This document shows, piece by piece, positions 25,420 to 36,942 of a DNA stretch of 64,000 nucleotides. The notes under the pieces are model-generated. The model saw only the letters and a program-made list of their open reading frames with translations. It did no database searches and was not told where the DNA came from. Made by a program: the position numbers and the translations under genes. How positions within the stretch are numbered: position 1 is the first letter of the stretch; every line of letters starts with the position of its first letter. The stretch lies in assembly GCF_053078305.1 (NCBI RefSeq), contig NZ_CP166879.1; one strand, written 5' to 3'.

Positions 25420-28152
25420 ATGCTAATGGCTACAATTCATGTAGACGGCAAAGAATACGAGGTCAACGGAGCGGACAACCTGCTGGAAGCTTGTCTGTCT
25501 CTGGGCCTTGATATTCCTTACTTTTGCTGGCATCCGGCGCTGGGAAGCGTCGGTGCTTGCCGCCAGTGTGCGGTGAAGCAATACCAAAACGCGGAAGACA
25601 CGCGTGGTCGCCTGGTGATGTCCTGTATGACACCGGCTTCCGATGGCACCTTTATTTCCATTGACGACGAAGAAGCGAAACAGTTCCGTGAAAGTGTGGT
25701 CGAGTGGTTAATGACCAACCACCCGCACGACTGTCCGGTATGTGAAGAAGGCGGTAACTGCCATCTTCAGGATATGACCGTGATGACCGGACACAGCTTC
25801 CGTCGCTACCGTTTCACCAAACGTACCCACCGTAATCAGGATTTGGGGCCGTTCATCTCTCACGAAATGAACCGCTGCATCGCCTGCTACCGCTGCGTGC
25901 GTTACTACAAAGATTACGCTGACGGTACAGATCTGGGCGTTTATGGCGCGCACGACAACGTCTACTTCGGTCGCCCGGAAGACGGCACGCTGGAAAGCGA
26001 ATTTTCCGGTAACCTGGTCGAAATTTGCCCGACCGGCGTATTTACCGACAAAACGCACTCCGAGCGTTACAACCGTAAATGGGATATGCAGTTTGCACCG
26101 AGCATCTGCCAGCAATGTTCCATCGGCTGTAACATCAGCCCCGGTGAACGTTACGGCGAACTGCGTCGTATCGAAAACCGTTACAACGGTACGGTAAACC
26201 ACTACTTCCTCTGCGACCGTGGTCGTTTCGGTTACGGTTACGTCAACCTGAAAGATCGTCCGCGTCAGCCAGTACAGCGTCGTGGCGATGATTTCATTAC
26301 CCTCAACGCCGAACAGGCAATGCAGGGCGCAGCAGATATTCTGCGTCAGTCGAAGAAAGTGATCGGCATTGGTTCTCCGCGCGCCAGCGTGGAAAGCAAC
26401 TTTGCGCTGCGTGAGCTAGTGGGCGAAGAAAACTTCTACACCGGTATCGCTCACGGTGAGCAGGAACGTCTGCAACTGGCGCTGAAAGTGCTGCGTGAAG
26501 GCGGCATTTATACTCCGGCTCTGCGCGAAATCGAATCTTACGATGCGGTACTGGTGCTGGGCGAAGACGTTACCCAGACCGGCGCGCGCGTCGCGCTGGC
26601 AGTGCGTCAGGCGGTGAAAGGTAAAGCGCGCGAAATGGCGGCAGCACAGAAAGTGGCTGACTGGCAGATTGCGGCAATCCTCAATATCGGTCAACGTGCT
26701 AAGCATCCGCTGTTTGTTACCAACGTTGATGACACCCGTCTGGATGATATCGCGGCGTGGACTTACCGCGCACCGGTTGAAGATCAGGCGCGTTTAGGTT
26801 TTGCCATCGCCCATGCGCTGGATAACTCTGCGCCAGCGGTTGACGGTATTGAACCTGAGCTGCAAAGCAAAATCGACGTCATCGTGCAGGCACTGGCGGG
26901 TGCGAAGAAACCGTTGATTATCTCCGGGACGAACGCCGGTAGCGCTGAAGTAATTCAGGCTGCGGCTAACGTCGCGAAAGCCCTGAAAGGTCGCGGCGCT
27001 GACGTCGGTATCACCATGATTGCCCGTTCCGTCAACAGCATGGGGCTGGGCATTATGGGCGGTGGATCGCTTGAAGAAGCGTTAACCGAACTGGAAACCG
27101 GACGCGCCGACGCGGTGGTGGTGCTGGAAAACGATCTGCATCGTCACGCTTCTGCTACCCGCGTGAATGCTGCGCTGGCTAAAGCGCCGCTGGTGATGGT
27201 GGTTGACCATCAACGCACAGCGATCATGGAAAACGCCCATCTGGTGCTTTCCGCTGCCAGCTTTGCTGAAAGCGACGGTACGGTAATTAATAATGAAGGT
27301 CGCGCCCAACGTTTCTTCCAGGTTTACGATCCGGCTTATTACGACAGCAAAACTGTCATGCTGGAAAGCTGGCGCTGGTTACACTCGCTGCACAGTACCC
27401 TGTTGAGCCGTGAAGTGGACTGGACGCAGCTCGACCATGTGATTGACGCTGTTGTGGCGAAAATCCCGGAACTGGCAGGTATCAAAGATGCTGCGCCGGA
27501 TGCGACATTCCGTATTCGTGGGCAGAAACTGGCCCGTGAACCGCACCGTTACAGCGGTCGTACCGCCATGCGCGCCAATATTAGCGTTCATGAGCCGCGT
27601 CAGCCGCAGGATATTGACACCATGTTCACCTTCTCGATGGAAGGTAACAACCAGCCGACTGCGCACCGTTCGCAAGTGCCGTTTGCCTGGGCGCCAGGCT
27701 GGAACTCCCCGCAGGCGTGGAACAAATTCCAGGACGAAGTGGGCGGCAAACTGCGCTTTGGCGATCCGGGCGTGCGTCTGTTTGAAACCAGCGAAAATGG
27801 TCTGGATTACTTCACCAGCGTACCGGCACGCTTCCAGCCGCAGGACGGGAAATGGCGTATCGCGCCGTACTACCACCTGTTTGGCAGCGATGAATTGTCA
27901 CAGCGTGCTCCGGTCTTCCAGAGCCGTATGCCGCAGCCGTACATCAAACTCAACCCAGCGGATGCCGCGAAGTTGGGTGTGAACGCAGGTACACGCGTCT
28001 CCTTTAGTTACGATGGCAACACGGTCACGCTGCCGGTTGAAATCGCTGAAGGGCTGACGGCAGGGCAGGTGGGCTTGCCGATGGGTATGTCCGGCATTGC
28101 TCCGGTGCTGGCTGGCGCGCATCTTGAGGATCTCAAGGAGGCACAACAATGA
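25420..28152 (+). CDS. nuoG: NADH-quinone oxidoreductase subunit G
   Basis: 910-aa ORF; N-terminal 2Fe-2S/4Fe-4S cysteine clusters; true start may be the Met 2 codons in. Confidence 0.95.
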
Positions 28153-29126
28153 GTTGGATATCACCGGAACTGATTGAGATCCTGCTGACCATCCTCAAAG
28201 CGGTGGTGATCCTGCTGGTGGTTGTCACCTGTGGGGCATTCATGAGCTTTGGCGAACGTCGCCTGCTGGGTCTGTTCCAGAACCGTTACGGACCTAACCG
28301 TGTTGGCTGGGGCGGTTCGCTCCAGCTGGTTGCGGACATGATCAAAATGTTCTTTAAAGAAGACTGGATCCCGAAATTCTCGGATCGCGTCATCTTTACC
28401 CTGGCACCGATGATTGCCTTTACCTCACTGCTGCTGGCCTTTGCGATTGTGCCAGTCAGCCCAGGTTGGGTGGTTGCCGACCTGAACATCGGGATTTTGT
28501 TCTTCCTGATGATGGCAGGTCTGGCGGTTTACGCGGTGCTGTTTGCGGGCTGGTCAAGTAACAACAAATACTCGCTGCTGGGTGCGATGCGTGCTTCTGC
28601 GCAGACCCTGAGCTACGAAGTGTTCCTCGGGCTTTCCCTGATGGGCGTTGTGGCGCAGGCCGGTTCATTCAACATGACCGACATCGTCAACAGCCAGGCG
28701 CATGTGTGGAACGTCATCCCGCAATTCTTTGGTTTTATTACCTTTGCCATCGCGGGCGTGGCGGTATGTCACCGTCACCCGTTTGACCAGCCGGAAGCCG
28801 AGCAGGAACTGGCGGATGGTTACCACATTGAATACTCCGGCATGAAGTTCGGTCTGTTCTTCGTGGGTGAGTACATCGGGATTGTGACCATCTCTGCATT
28901 GATGGTGACGCTGTTCTTCGGTGGCTGGCAAGGCCCGTTGTTACCGCCATTCATCTGGTTCGCGCTGAAAACCGCGTTCTTTATGATGATGTTCATTTTG
29001 ATTCGTGCGTCGTTACCGCGTCCGCGTTATGACCAGGTAATGTCCTTCGGCTGGAAAATCTGCCTGCCGCTGACGCTGATCAACTTGCTGGTAACGGCGG
29101 CTGTCATTCTCTGGCAGGCGCAATAA
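28149..29126 (+). CDS. nuoH: NADH-quinone oxidoreductase subunit H
   Basis: 325-aa polytopic membrane protein; overlaps nuoG stop. Confidence 0.95.
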
Positions 29127-29140
29127 GGGGCAATAAGACC

Positions 29141-29683
29141 ATGACCTTAAAAGAATTGTTAGTAGGTTTCGGCACCCAGGTTCGTAGTATCTGGATGATC
29201 GGCCTGCACGCGTTCGCCAAACGCGAAACGCGAATGTACCCGGAAGAGCCGGTCTATCTGCCGCCCCGTTATCGTGGTCGTATCGTTCTGACCCGCGACC
29301 CGGACGGCGAAGAGCGTTGCGTAGCCTGTAACCTCTGCGCGGTAGCCTGCCCGGTCGGCTGTATCTCGCTGCAAAAAGCAGAAACCAAAGACGGTCGCTG
29401 GTATCCGGAATTTTTCCGCATCAACTTCTCACGCTGCATTTTCTGTGGTTTGTGCGAAGAAGCCTGTCCGACCACGGCGATTCAGTTAACCCCGGATTTC
29501 GAAATGGGGGAATACAAGCGCCAGGATCTGGTTTACGAGAAAGAGGATCTGCTGATCTCCGGTCCGGGCAAATACCCGGAATATAACTTCTACCGGATGG
29601 CAGGTATGGCAATCGACGGCAAAGATAAGGGCGAAGCAGAGAACGAAGCCAAGCCTATCGACGTCAAGAGCCTGTTACCGTAA
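29141..29683 (+). CDS. nuoI: NADH-quinone oxidoreductase subunit I (2x[4Fe-4S] ferredoxin)
   Basis: 180 aa with two CxxCxxCxxxCP motifs. Confidence 0.95.
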
Positions 29684-29694
29684 GGAGAGGGGCA

Positions 29695-30249
29695 ATGGAG
29701 TTCGCTTTTTATATCTGTGGCCTGATAGCCATACTTGCGACCTTGCGAGTGATCACCCATACCAATCCGGTACACGCACTGCTGTACCTGATTATTTCGC
29801 TGCTGGCGATTTCCGGGGTGTTCTTCTCACTGGGCGCTTACTTCGCCGGTGCGCTGGAAATTATCGTCTACGCGGGTGCCATTATGGTGCTGTTCGTGTT
29901 CGTAGTGATGATGCTCAACCTGGGCGGTTCAGAAATCGAACAGGAACGCCAGTGGCTGAAACCGCAGGTGTGGATTGGTCCGGCGATTTTGTCGGCCATC
30001 ATGCTGGTGGTGATTGTTTACGCCATCCTTGGTGTTAATGATCAGGGTATCGACGGTACGCCAATCAGTGCTAAAGCAGTGGGTATTACGCTGTTCGGGC
30101 CTTACGTACTGGCGGTGGAACTGGCTTCTATGCTGCTGCTCGCGGGTCTGGTTGTGGCCTTCCACGTCGGTCGTGAAGAGCGTGCGGGTGAAGTGCTGAG
30201 CAATCGTAAAGACGACAGCGCGAAAAGAAAAACGGAGGAGCACGCATGA
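29695..30249 (+). CDS. nuoJ: NADH-quinone oxidoreductase subunit J
   Basis: 184-aa membrane subunit. Confidence 0.95.
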
Positions 30250-30548
30250 TCCCCTTACAACATGGACTGATCCTCGCGGCAATCTTATTCGTTCTTGGCT
30301 TAACCGGTCTGGTTATCCGTCGCAATCTGCTGTTTATGCTGATTGGTCTGGAAATCATGATTAACGCCTCCGCGCTGGCCTTTGTGGTCGCCGGAAGCTA
30401 CTGGGGTCAGACCGACGGTCAGGTGATGTACATTCTCGCCATCAGCCTCGCGGCGGCAGAAGCGAGTATCGGCCTTGCGCTGCTGCTGCAACTTCACCGT
30501 CGTCGCCAGAACCTGAACATCGATTCAGTAAGTGAGATGCGCGGATGA
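30246..30548 (+). CDS. nuoK: NADH-quinone oxidoreductase subunit K
   Basis: 100-aa membrane subunit; overlaps nuoJ and nuoL. Confidence 0.95.
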
Positions 30549-32386
30549 ACATGCTTGCCTTAACCATTATTTTGCCATTGATTGGCTTCGTCCTGCTGGC
30601 GTTCTCCCGTGGGCGCTGGTCTGAAAACGTTTCGGCGATCGTCGGCGTTGGCTCTGTGGGCCTGGCGGCGCTGGTAACCGCTTTTATCGGCGTTGATTTC
30701 TTCGCTAACGGCGAGCAGGCTTACAGCCAGCCGCTGTGGACGTGGATGTCGGTAGGCGACTTTAACATCGGTTTCAATCTGGTGCTGGACGGCCTGTCGC
30801 TGACCATGCTCTCGGTGGTCACTGGTGTGGGTTTCCTGATCCACATGTACGCCTCCTGGTACATGCGCGGTGAAGAGGGCTACTCTCGCTTCTTCGCCTA
30901 CACCAACCTGTTCATCGCCAGCATGGTAGTTCTGGTGCTTGCCGACAACCTGCTGCTGATGTACCTCGGCTGGGAAGGCGTGGGCCTGTGCTCCTATCTG
31001 CTGATCGGTTTCTATTACACCGATCCGAAGAATGGCGCAGCGGCAATGAAAGCGTTCGTCGTGACCCGTGTGGGTGACGTGTTCCTCGCTTTCGCGCTGT
31101 TCATTCTTTACAACGAACTGGGCACCCTGAACTTCCGCGAAATGGTGGAACTGGCACCAGCGCACTTTGCTGACGGCAATAATATGCTGATGTGGGCGAC
31201 GCTGATGCTGCTGGGCGGTGCGGTCGGTAAATCTGCGCAGTTGCCGTTGCAGACATGGCTTGCCGACGCGATGGCGGGCCCGACGCCTGTCTCCGCGCTG
31301 ATCCACGCCGCAACGATGGTAACCGCGGGTGTCTACCTGATCGCCCGTACCCACGGCCTGTTCCTGATGACGCCGGAAGTTCTGCATCTGGTGGGTATTG
31401 TCGGGGCGGTTACGCTGCTGCTGGCCGGTTTTGCCGCGCTGGTACAGACCGACATCAAACGTGTTCTCGCTTACTCTACCATGAGCCAGATTGGCTACAT
31501 GTTCCTCGCGCTTGGCGTGCAGGCATGGGATGCGGCGATTTTTCACTTGATGACCCACGCGTTCTTTAAAGCGCTGCTGTTCCTGGCATCCGGTTCCGTC
31601 ATTCTGGCCTGCCATCACGAACAGAACATCTTCAAGATGGGCGGTCTGCGTAAATCTATTCCGCTGGTTTATCTCTGCTTCCTGGTGGGCGGCGCAGCAC
31701 TGTCGGCACTGCCGCTGGTCACTGCGGGCTTCTTCAGTAAGGATGAGATCCTCGCGGGTGCGATGGCGAATGGTCATATCAATCTGATGGTGGCAGGTCT
31801 GGTCGGTGCGTTTATGACCTCGCTCTACACCTTCCGTATGATTTTCATCGTCTTCCACGGAAAAGAACAAATTCACGCTCACGCCGTGAAAGGGGTAACT
31901 CACAGCCTGCCGCTGATTGTGCTGCTGATCCTTTCCACCTTCGTTGGCGCACTGATTGTACCGCCGCTGCAGGGCGTGCTTCCGCAAACGACGGAACTGG
32001 CGCACGGCAGCATGTTGACCCTGGAAATTACCTCTGGCGTGGTCGCGGTGGTCGGCATTCTGCTGGCAGCCTGGCTGTGGCTGGGTAAACGTACTCTGGT
32101 GACCTCCATCGCCAACAGTGCGCCGGGCCGTCTGCTGGGCACCTGGTGGTACAACGCCTGGGGCTTTGACTGGCTGTACGACAAAGTGTTCGTCAAGCCG
32201 TTCCTGGGTATTGCCTGGTTGCTGAAACGCGATCCGCTGAACTCAATGATGAACATTCCGGCGGTTCTTTCCCGCTTTGCAGGTAAAGGCCTGCTGTTAA
32301 GCGAGAACGGTTATCTGCGCTGGTATGTGGCATCCATGAGCATCGGTGCGGTCGTGGTGCTGGCACTGTTGATGGTACTGCGTTGA
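30545..32386 (+). CDS. nuoL: NADH-quinone oxidoreductase subunit L (antiporter-like)
   Basis: 613-aa Mrp-antiporter-like membrane subunit. Confidence 0.95.
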
Positions 32387-32425
32387 GTTAAGGATTGTGG
32401 GATTGCCCCTGGGCATATAAGAACG

Positions 32426-32462
32426 TAGGTCGGATAAGCCTCCTTCGCGGTGCATCCGACAC
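32426..32462. repeat. Degenerate REP-like palindromic element in nuoL-nuoM spacer
   Basis: Reverse complement gtgtcggatgcaccgcgaaggaggcttatccgacctac resembles the REP consensus (…GGATGC…CTTATCCGGCCTAC). Confidence 0.4.
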
Positions 32463-32549
32463 TACCCCCAGTCCGAAGAGAATTTTCTGTCGTGAGAATT
32501 CGTTGAAAATCCGGTCCTGACGGGACTTTTACAAGGAATAAAGATCGCC

Positions 32550-34079
32550 ATGTTACTACCCTGGCTAATATTAATTCCCTTTATCGGCGGCTTCCTGTGC
32601 TGGCAGACCGAACGCTTTGGCGTCAAGGTGCCGCGCTGGATCGCGCTGATCACCATGGGATTGACGCTGGCGCTGTCGCTGCAACTGTGGTTGCAGGGCG
32701 GTTATTCACTGACGCAATCCGCCGGAATTCCGCAGTGGCAGTCTGAATTCGACATGCCGTGGATCCCGCGTTTTGGTATCTCTATCCATCTCGCCATTGA
32801 CGGGCTGTCGCTGCTGATGGTCGTGCTGACCGGTCTGCTCGGTGTGCTGGCGGTACTCTGTTCGTGGAAAGAGATCGAAAAATATCAGGGCTTCTTCCAC
32901 CTCAACCTGATGTGGATCCTGGGCGGCGTTATCGGCGTGTTCCTTGCCATCGACATGTTCCTGTTCTTCTTCTTCTGGGAAATGATGCTGGTGCCGATGT
33001 ACTTCCTGATCGCACTGTGGGGGCATAAAGCCTCTGACGGTAAAACGCGTATCACGGCGGCAACCAAGTTCTTCATTTACACCCAGGCGAGTGGTCTGGT
33101 GATGTTGATCGCCATCCTGGCGCTGGTTTTTGTTCACTACAATGCGACCGGCGTCTGGACCTTCAACTATGAAGAGCTGTTGAATACGCCAATGTCCAGT
33201 GGTGTGGAATATCTGTTGATGCTGGGCTTCTTCATCGCGTTTGCGGTGAAAATGCCGGTGGTTCCGCTGCATGGCTGGCTGCCGGATGCGCACTCACAGG
33301 CTCCGACCGCCGGTTCCGTGGACCTCGCGGGGATCTTGCTGAAAACCGCTGCTTACGGTCTGCTGCGTTTCTCCCTGCCGCTGTTCCCGAACGCGTCGGC
33401 AGAGTTCGCGCCAATCGCTATGTGGCTGGGTGTTATCGGCATCTTCTACGGTGCGTGGATGGCCTTCGCCCAGACCGATATCAAACGTCTGATCGCCTAC
33501 ACCTCGGTTTCCCACATGGGCTTCGTGCTGATTGCTATCTACACCGGCAGCCAGTTGGCCTACCAGGGCGCGGTAATCCAGATGATTGCGCACGGCTTGT
33601 CGGCGGCGGGTCTGTTTATTCTCTGCGGTCAGCTTTATGAACGTATCCATACCCGCGACATGCGCATGATGGGCGGTCTGTGGAGCAAGATGAAATGGCT
33701 GCCAGCACTGTCGCTGTTCTTTGCGGTGGCAACGCTTGGGATGCCTGGCACCGGTAACTTCGTCGGCGAATTTATGATTCTGTTCGGCAGCTTCCAGGTT
33801 GTCCCGGTGATTACCGTTATCTCTACCTTTGGGCTGGTCTTTGCATCTGTTTATTCGCTGGCGATGTTACATCGCGCTTACTTCGGTAAAGCGAAAAGCC
33901 AGATTGCCAGCCAGGAACTGCCAGGGATGTCGCTGCGTGAGCTGTTTATGATCCTGTTGCTGGTGGTGCTGCTGGTACTGCTGGGCTTCTATCCGCAGCC
34001 GATTCTGGATACCTCGCACTCCGCGATTGGCAATATCCAGCAGTGGTTTGTTAATTCCGTTACTACTACAAGGCCGTAA
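32550..34079 (+). CDS. nuoM: NADH-quinone oxidoreductase subunit M
   Basis: 509-aa antiporter-like membrane subunit. Confidence 0.95.
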   Translation: MLLPWLILIPFIGGFLCWQTERFGVKVPRWIALITMGLTLALSLQLWLQGGYSLTQSAGIPQWQSEFDMPWIPRFGISIHLAIDGLSLLMVVLTGLLGVLAVLCSWKEIEKYQGFFHLNLMWILGGVIGVFLAIDMFLFFFFWEMMLVPMYFLIALWGHKASDGKTRITAATKFFIYTQASGLVMLIAILALVFVHYNATGVWTFNYEELLNTPMSSGVEYLLMLGFFIAFAVKMPVVPLHGWLPDAHSQAPTAGSVDLAGILLKTAAYGLLRFSLPLFPNASAEFAPIAMWLGVIGIFYGAWMAFAQTDIKRLIAYTSVSHMGFVLIAIYTGSQLAYQGAVIQMIAHGLSAAGLFILCGQLYERIHTRDMRMMGGLWSKMKWLPALSLFFAVATLGMPGTGNFVGEFMILFGSFQVVPVITVISTFGLVFASVYSLAMLHRAYFGKAKSQIASQELPGMSLRELFMILLLVVLLVLLGFYPQPILDTSHSAIGNIQQWFVNSVTTTRP

Positions 34080-34085
34080 ATCGCC

Positions 34086-35543
34086 ATGACAATAACTCCA
34101 CAAAACCTGATCGCACTGCTACCGTTGCTGATCGTCGGCTTGACGGTGGTGGTTGTGATGCTCTCCATTGCGTGGCGACGCAATCATTTCCTCAACGCTA
34201 CGCTCTCGGTTATTGGGCTTAACGCGGCGCTGGTTTCGCTCTGGTTTGTTGGCCAGGCGGGCGCTATGGACGTTACGCCGCTGATGCGCGTTGATGGTTT
34301 CGCCATGCTTTACACCGGGCTGGTATTGTTGGCGAGCCTCGCCACCTGTACTTTCGCCTACCCGTGGCTTGAAGGCTATAACGACAACAAGGATGAGTTC
34401 TACCTGTTGGTGTTAATTGCCGCGCTGGGCGGGATCCTGCTGGCGAATGCAAACCATCTGGCGTCTCTGTTCCTCGGTATTGAACTGATCTCTTTGCCGC
34501 TGTTTGGCCTGGTCGGTTACGCTTTCCGCCAGAAACGTTCGCTGGAAGCCAGTATCAAATACACCATCCTTTCTGCCGCAGCGTCTTCTTTCCTGCTGTT
34601 CGGTATGGCGCTGGTGTATGCGCAGTCTGGCGACCTGTCGTTTGTCGCGCTGGGTAAAAACCTCGGCGACGGTATGCTCAACGAGCCGCTGTTGCTGGCA
34701 GGTTTCGGTCTGATGATTGTTGGCCTCGGCTTCAAACTCTCTCTGGTGCCGTTCCACCTGTGGACGCCAGACGTATACCAGGGCGCGCCTGCGCCGGTTT
34801 CCACTTTCCTGGCGACGGCGAGCAAAATCGCTATCTTCGGTGTAGTGATGCGTCTGTTCCTCTACGCACCGGTGGGTGACAGCGAAGCGATTCGGGTGGT
34901 GCTGGCGATTATCGCCTTTGCCTCCATCATCTTCGGTAACCTGATGGCGCTGAGCCAGACCAACATCAAACGTCTGCTCGGTTACTCATCTATCTCTCAC
35001 CTCGGCTATCTGCTGGTGGCGCTGATTGCGCTGCAAACCGGCGAGATGTCGATGGAAGCGGTAGGGGTTTACCTGGCCGGTTATCTGTTCAGCAGCCTCG
35101 GCGCGTTCGGCGTGGTCAGCCTGATGTCCAGCCCGTATCGTGGCCCGGATGCTGATTCCCTGTTCTCTTACCGCGGTCTGTTCTGGCATCGTCCGATCCT
35201 CGCGGCGGTGATGACGGTGATGATGCTGTCTCTGGCCGGTATCCCGATGACGCTGGGCTTTATCGGTAAGTTCTACGTGCTGGCGGTCGGTGTCCAGGCA
35301 CACTTGTGGTGGCTGGTGGGTGCCGTGGTTGTCGGTTCGGCAATCGGCCTCTACTACTACCTGCGCGTGGCGGTGAGCCTGTACCTGCACGCACCGGAAC
35401 AACCGGGTCGCGATGCACCGTCAAACTGGCAGTACAGCGCGGGCGGTATCGTGGTGCTGATCTCCGCACTGTTGGTACTGGTGCTGGGTGTATGGCCACA
35501 ACCGCTGATTAGCATTGTGCGGTTAGCAATGCCACTGATGTAA
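34086..35543 (+). CDS. nuoN: NADH-quinone oxidoreductase subunit N
   Basis: 485-aa antiporter-like membrane subunit; last gene of cluster. Confidence 0.95.
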
Positions 35544-35562
35544 TCTGTTAGTTTGTAAGTCA

Positions 35563-35593
35563 GAAAGCCGCCGACATGTTCGGCGGTTTTTTT
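35563..35593. terminator. Bidirectional rho-independent terminator between convergent nuoN and downstream ORF
   Basis: aaagccgccgacatgttcggcggttttttt: 7-bp GC stem, 5-nt loop, flanked by A-run and T7. Confidence 0.7.
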
Positions 35594-35620
35594 ATGGTAT
35601 TTATAAAGAAATTAGAAGAG

Positions 35621-36097
35621 TTAATCCCACCAACAAATAACCGGATGCATACCCGCAGGGACCTCAACCCATCCATGATTCGTATCTTCTGACCATCCTT
35701 CCCAACACTCATCAGGGGCAATTTCTTCTACAAACCAGCTCTGAACTTCTTCTGGTGAAGCAGAAGTGATAACTAAAATACGTTCACTAAAGGGCCAGTC
35801 TGGGTCATCGAACATTGTAATCTCTACCAAAACATCACTGACATCGTTACGCTCACGAATTTTCTGTAAATGGTGATAGATAGTTTGCGGAGATTGTTCT
35901 GGAGTCACATTGCAACATATCGAACCGACGATATTATTGCCGATAAAAAAATCCTCAAGAGATAACAATGGACGCAGGGTATCAGGATCATTAACATCAC
36001 CGTTGATATTAACAAGTTGGGTAATGCGTTCTAAAGGTGTCATAATCATTCCTTGAAATAATTCATTCATCAAGTGAATGGTATTGTCTGAATTCAT
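35621..36097 (-). CDS. Hypothetical acidic cytoplasmic protein, 158 aa; family not recognisable from sequence alone (may correspond to yfbO/yfbP locus)
   Basis: Intact ORF with its own start, sits between nuoN terminator and yfbN; acidic, Trp-rich C-terminus (…ECWEGWSEDTNHGWVEV…VICWWD). Confidence 0.5.
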   Translation of the reverse strand: MNSDNTIHLMNELFQGMIMTPLERITQLVNINGDVNDPDTLRPLLSLEDFFIGNNIVGSICCNVTPEQSPQTIYHHLQKIRERNDVSDVLVEITMFDDPDWPFSERILVITSASPEEVQSWFVEEIAPDECWEGWSEDTNHGWVEVPAGMHPVICWWD

Positions 36098-36225
36098 TAA
36101 CGAATAAATAGAAACAACGCCATACGTCTTATTAGTTTCAGGAGTATCATAACATGGACGTTAAGCAGGAAATGCAGTTATACCATTGTTATATATAATA
36201 TCTTAAATATTTAAAGGCTTATGAC

Positions 36226-36942
36226 ATGGAATGGTTAAGTGAAATTCGCAAACTTCGGGAGAGCATATCTGTCGGTATCCAGGCTGCCAGGCGTTTGTTA
36301 GAGAAGACTGGTGGTGATGTTGATGAAGCCATTAAGTTGTTTCATATTGACCAAATCAATATATTGACGGCAAAAGTAGACGTCACTCATCAGGAGGCAG
36401 AGAATGTTTTGCTGGCGGCAAACTACGATATGGCAGAAGCTCTTCGGCGTATTGATGAACAGCGTTATACACTGACGGAATTGATTATACGTAAAAATAA
36501 GGATGCCGGAGATGCTTTAAGTAATATAGAATTAGCAATAACATATGAATGGAATCTGACATGCAAATTTTGGTTTGGTTTTAAGGCATTCCAGTCGCTG
36601 CCTCCACAATTACAAGCCTTTATGCTGGTATGTGAATGGCGTAACTATTGGGGATGGGAAGGCCTGGATAGTGCGTTATATTATGAGATGGACAATGTCC
36701 CCCAACAATTACAGGTAGTAGGCTTAGATGAAATGGCTAAAGTTATTGTTGTGGCGAGAAATCGTTATGATGAGTTAAGAGCACAAGGCAAAGAGCATAA
36801 TAAAATCATTAAAGATGATAAATTTAAAAAATTTATGAAGCACTGTGAACAACTGGATAGTGAAGTAGACTCTATATTACTGCAATTTGTGAAGGATAAT
36901 ATTGAGGTTTTCCCACGTCGCCACAACGGACACGATTTATAA
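36226..36942 (+). CDS. yfbN: Uncharacterized protein YfbN-like, 238 aa, with two N-terminal UBA/TS-N-like helical motifs
   Basis: Length and synteny match yfbN; repeated motif (GIQAARRLLEKTGGDVDEAIKLF / EAENVLLAANYDMAEALRRI) resembles UBA-like domains. Confidence 0.6.
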   Translation: MEWLSEIRKLRESISVGIQAARRLLEKTGGDVDEAIKLFHIDQINILTAKVDVTHQEAENVLLAANYDMAEALRRIDEQRYTLTELIIRKNKDAGDALSNIELAITYEWNLTCKFWFGFKAFQSLPPQLQAFMLVCEWRNYWGWEGLDSALYYEMDNVPQQLQVVGLDEMAKVIVVARNRYDELRAQGKEHNKIIKDDKFKKFMKHCEQLDSEVDSILLQFVKDNIEVFPRRHNGHDL

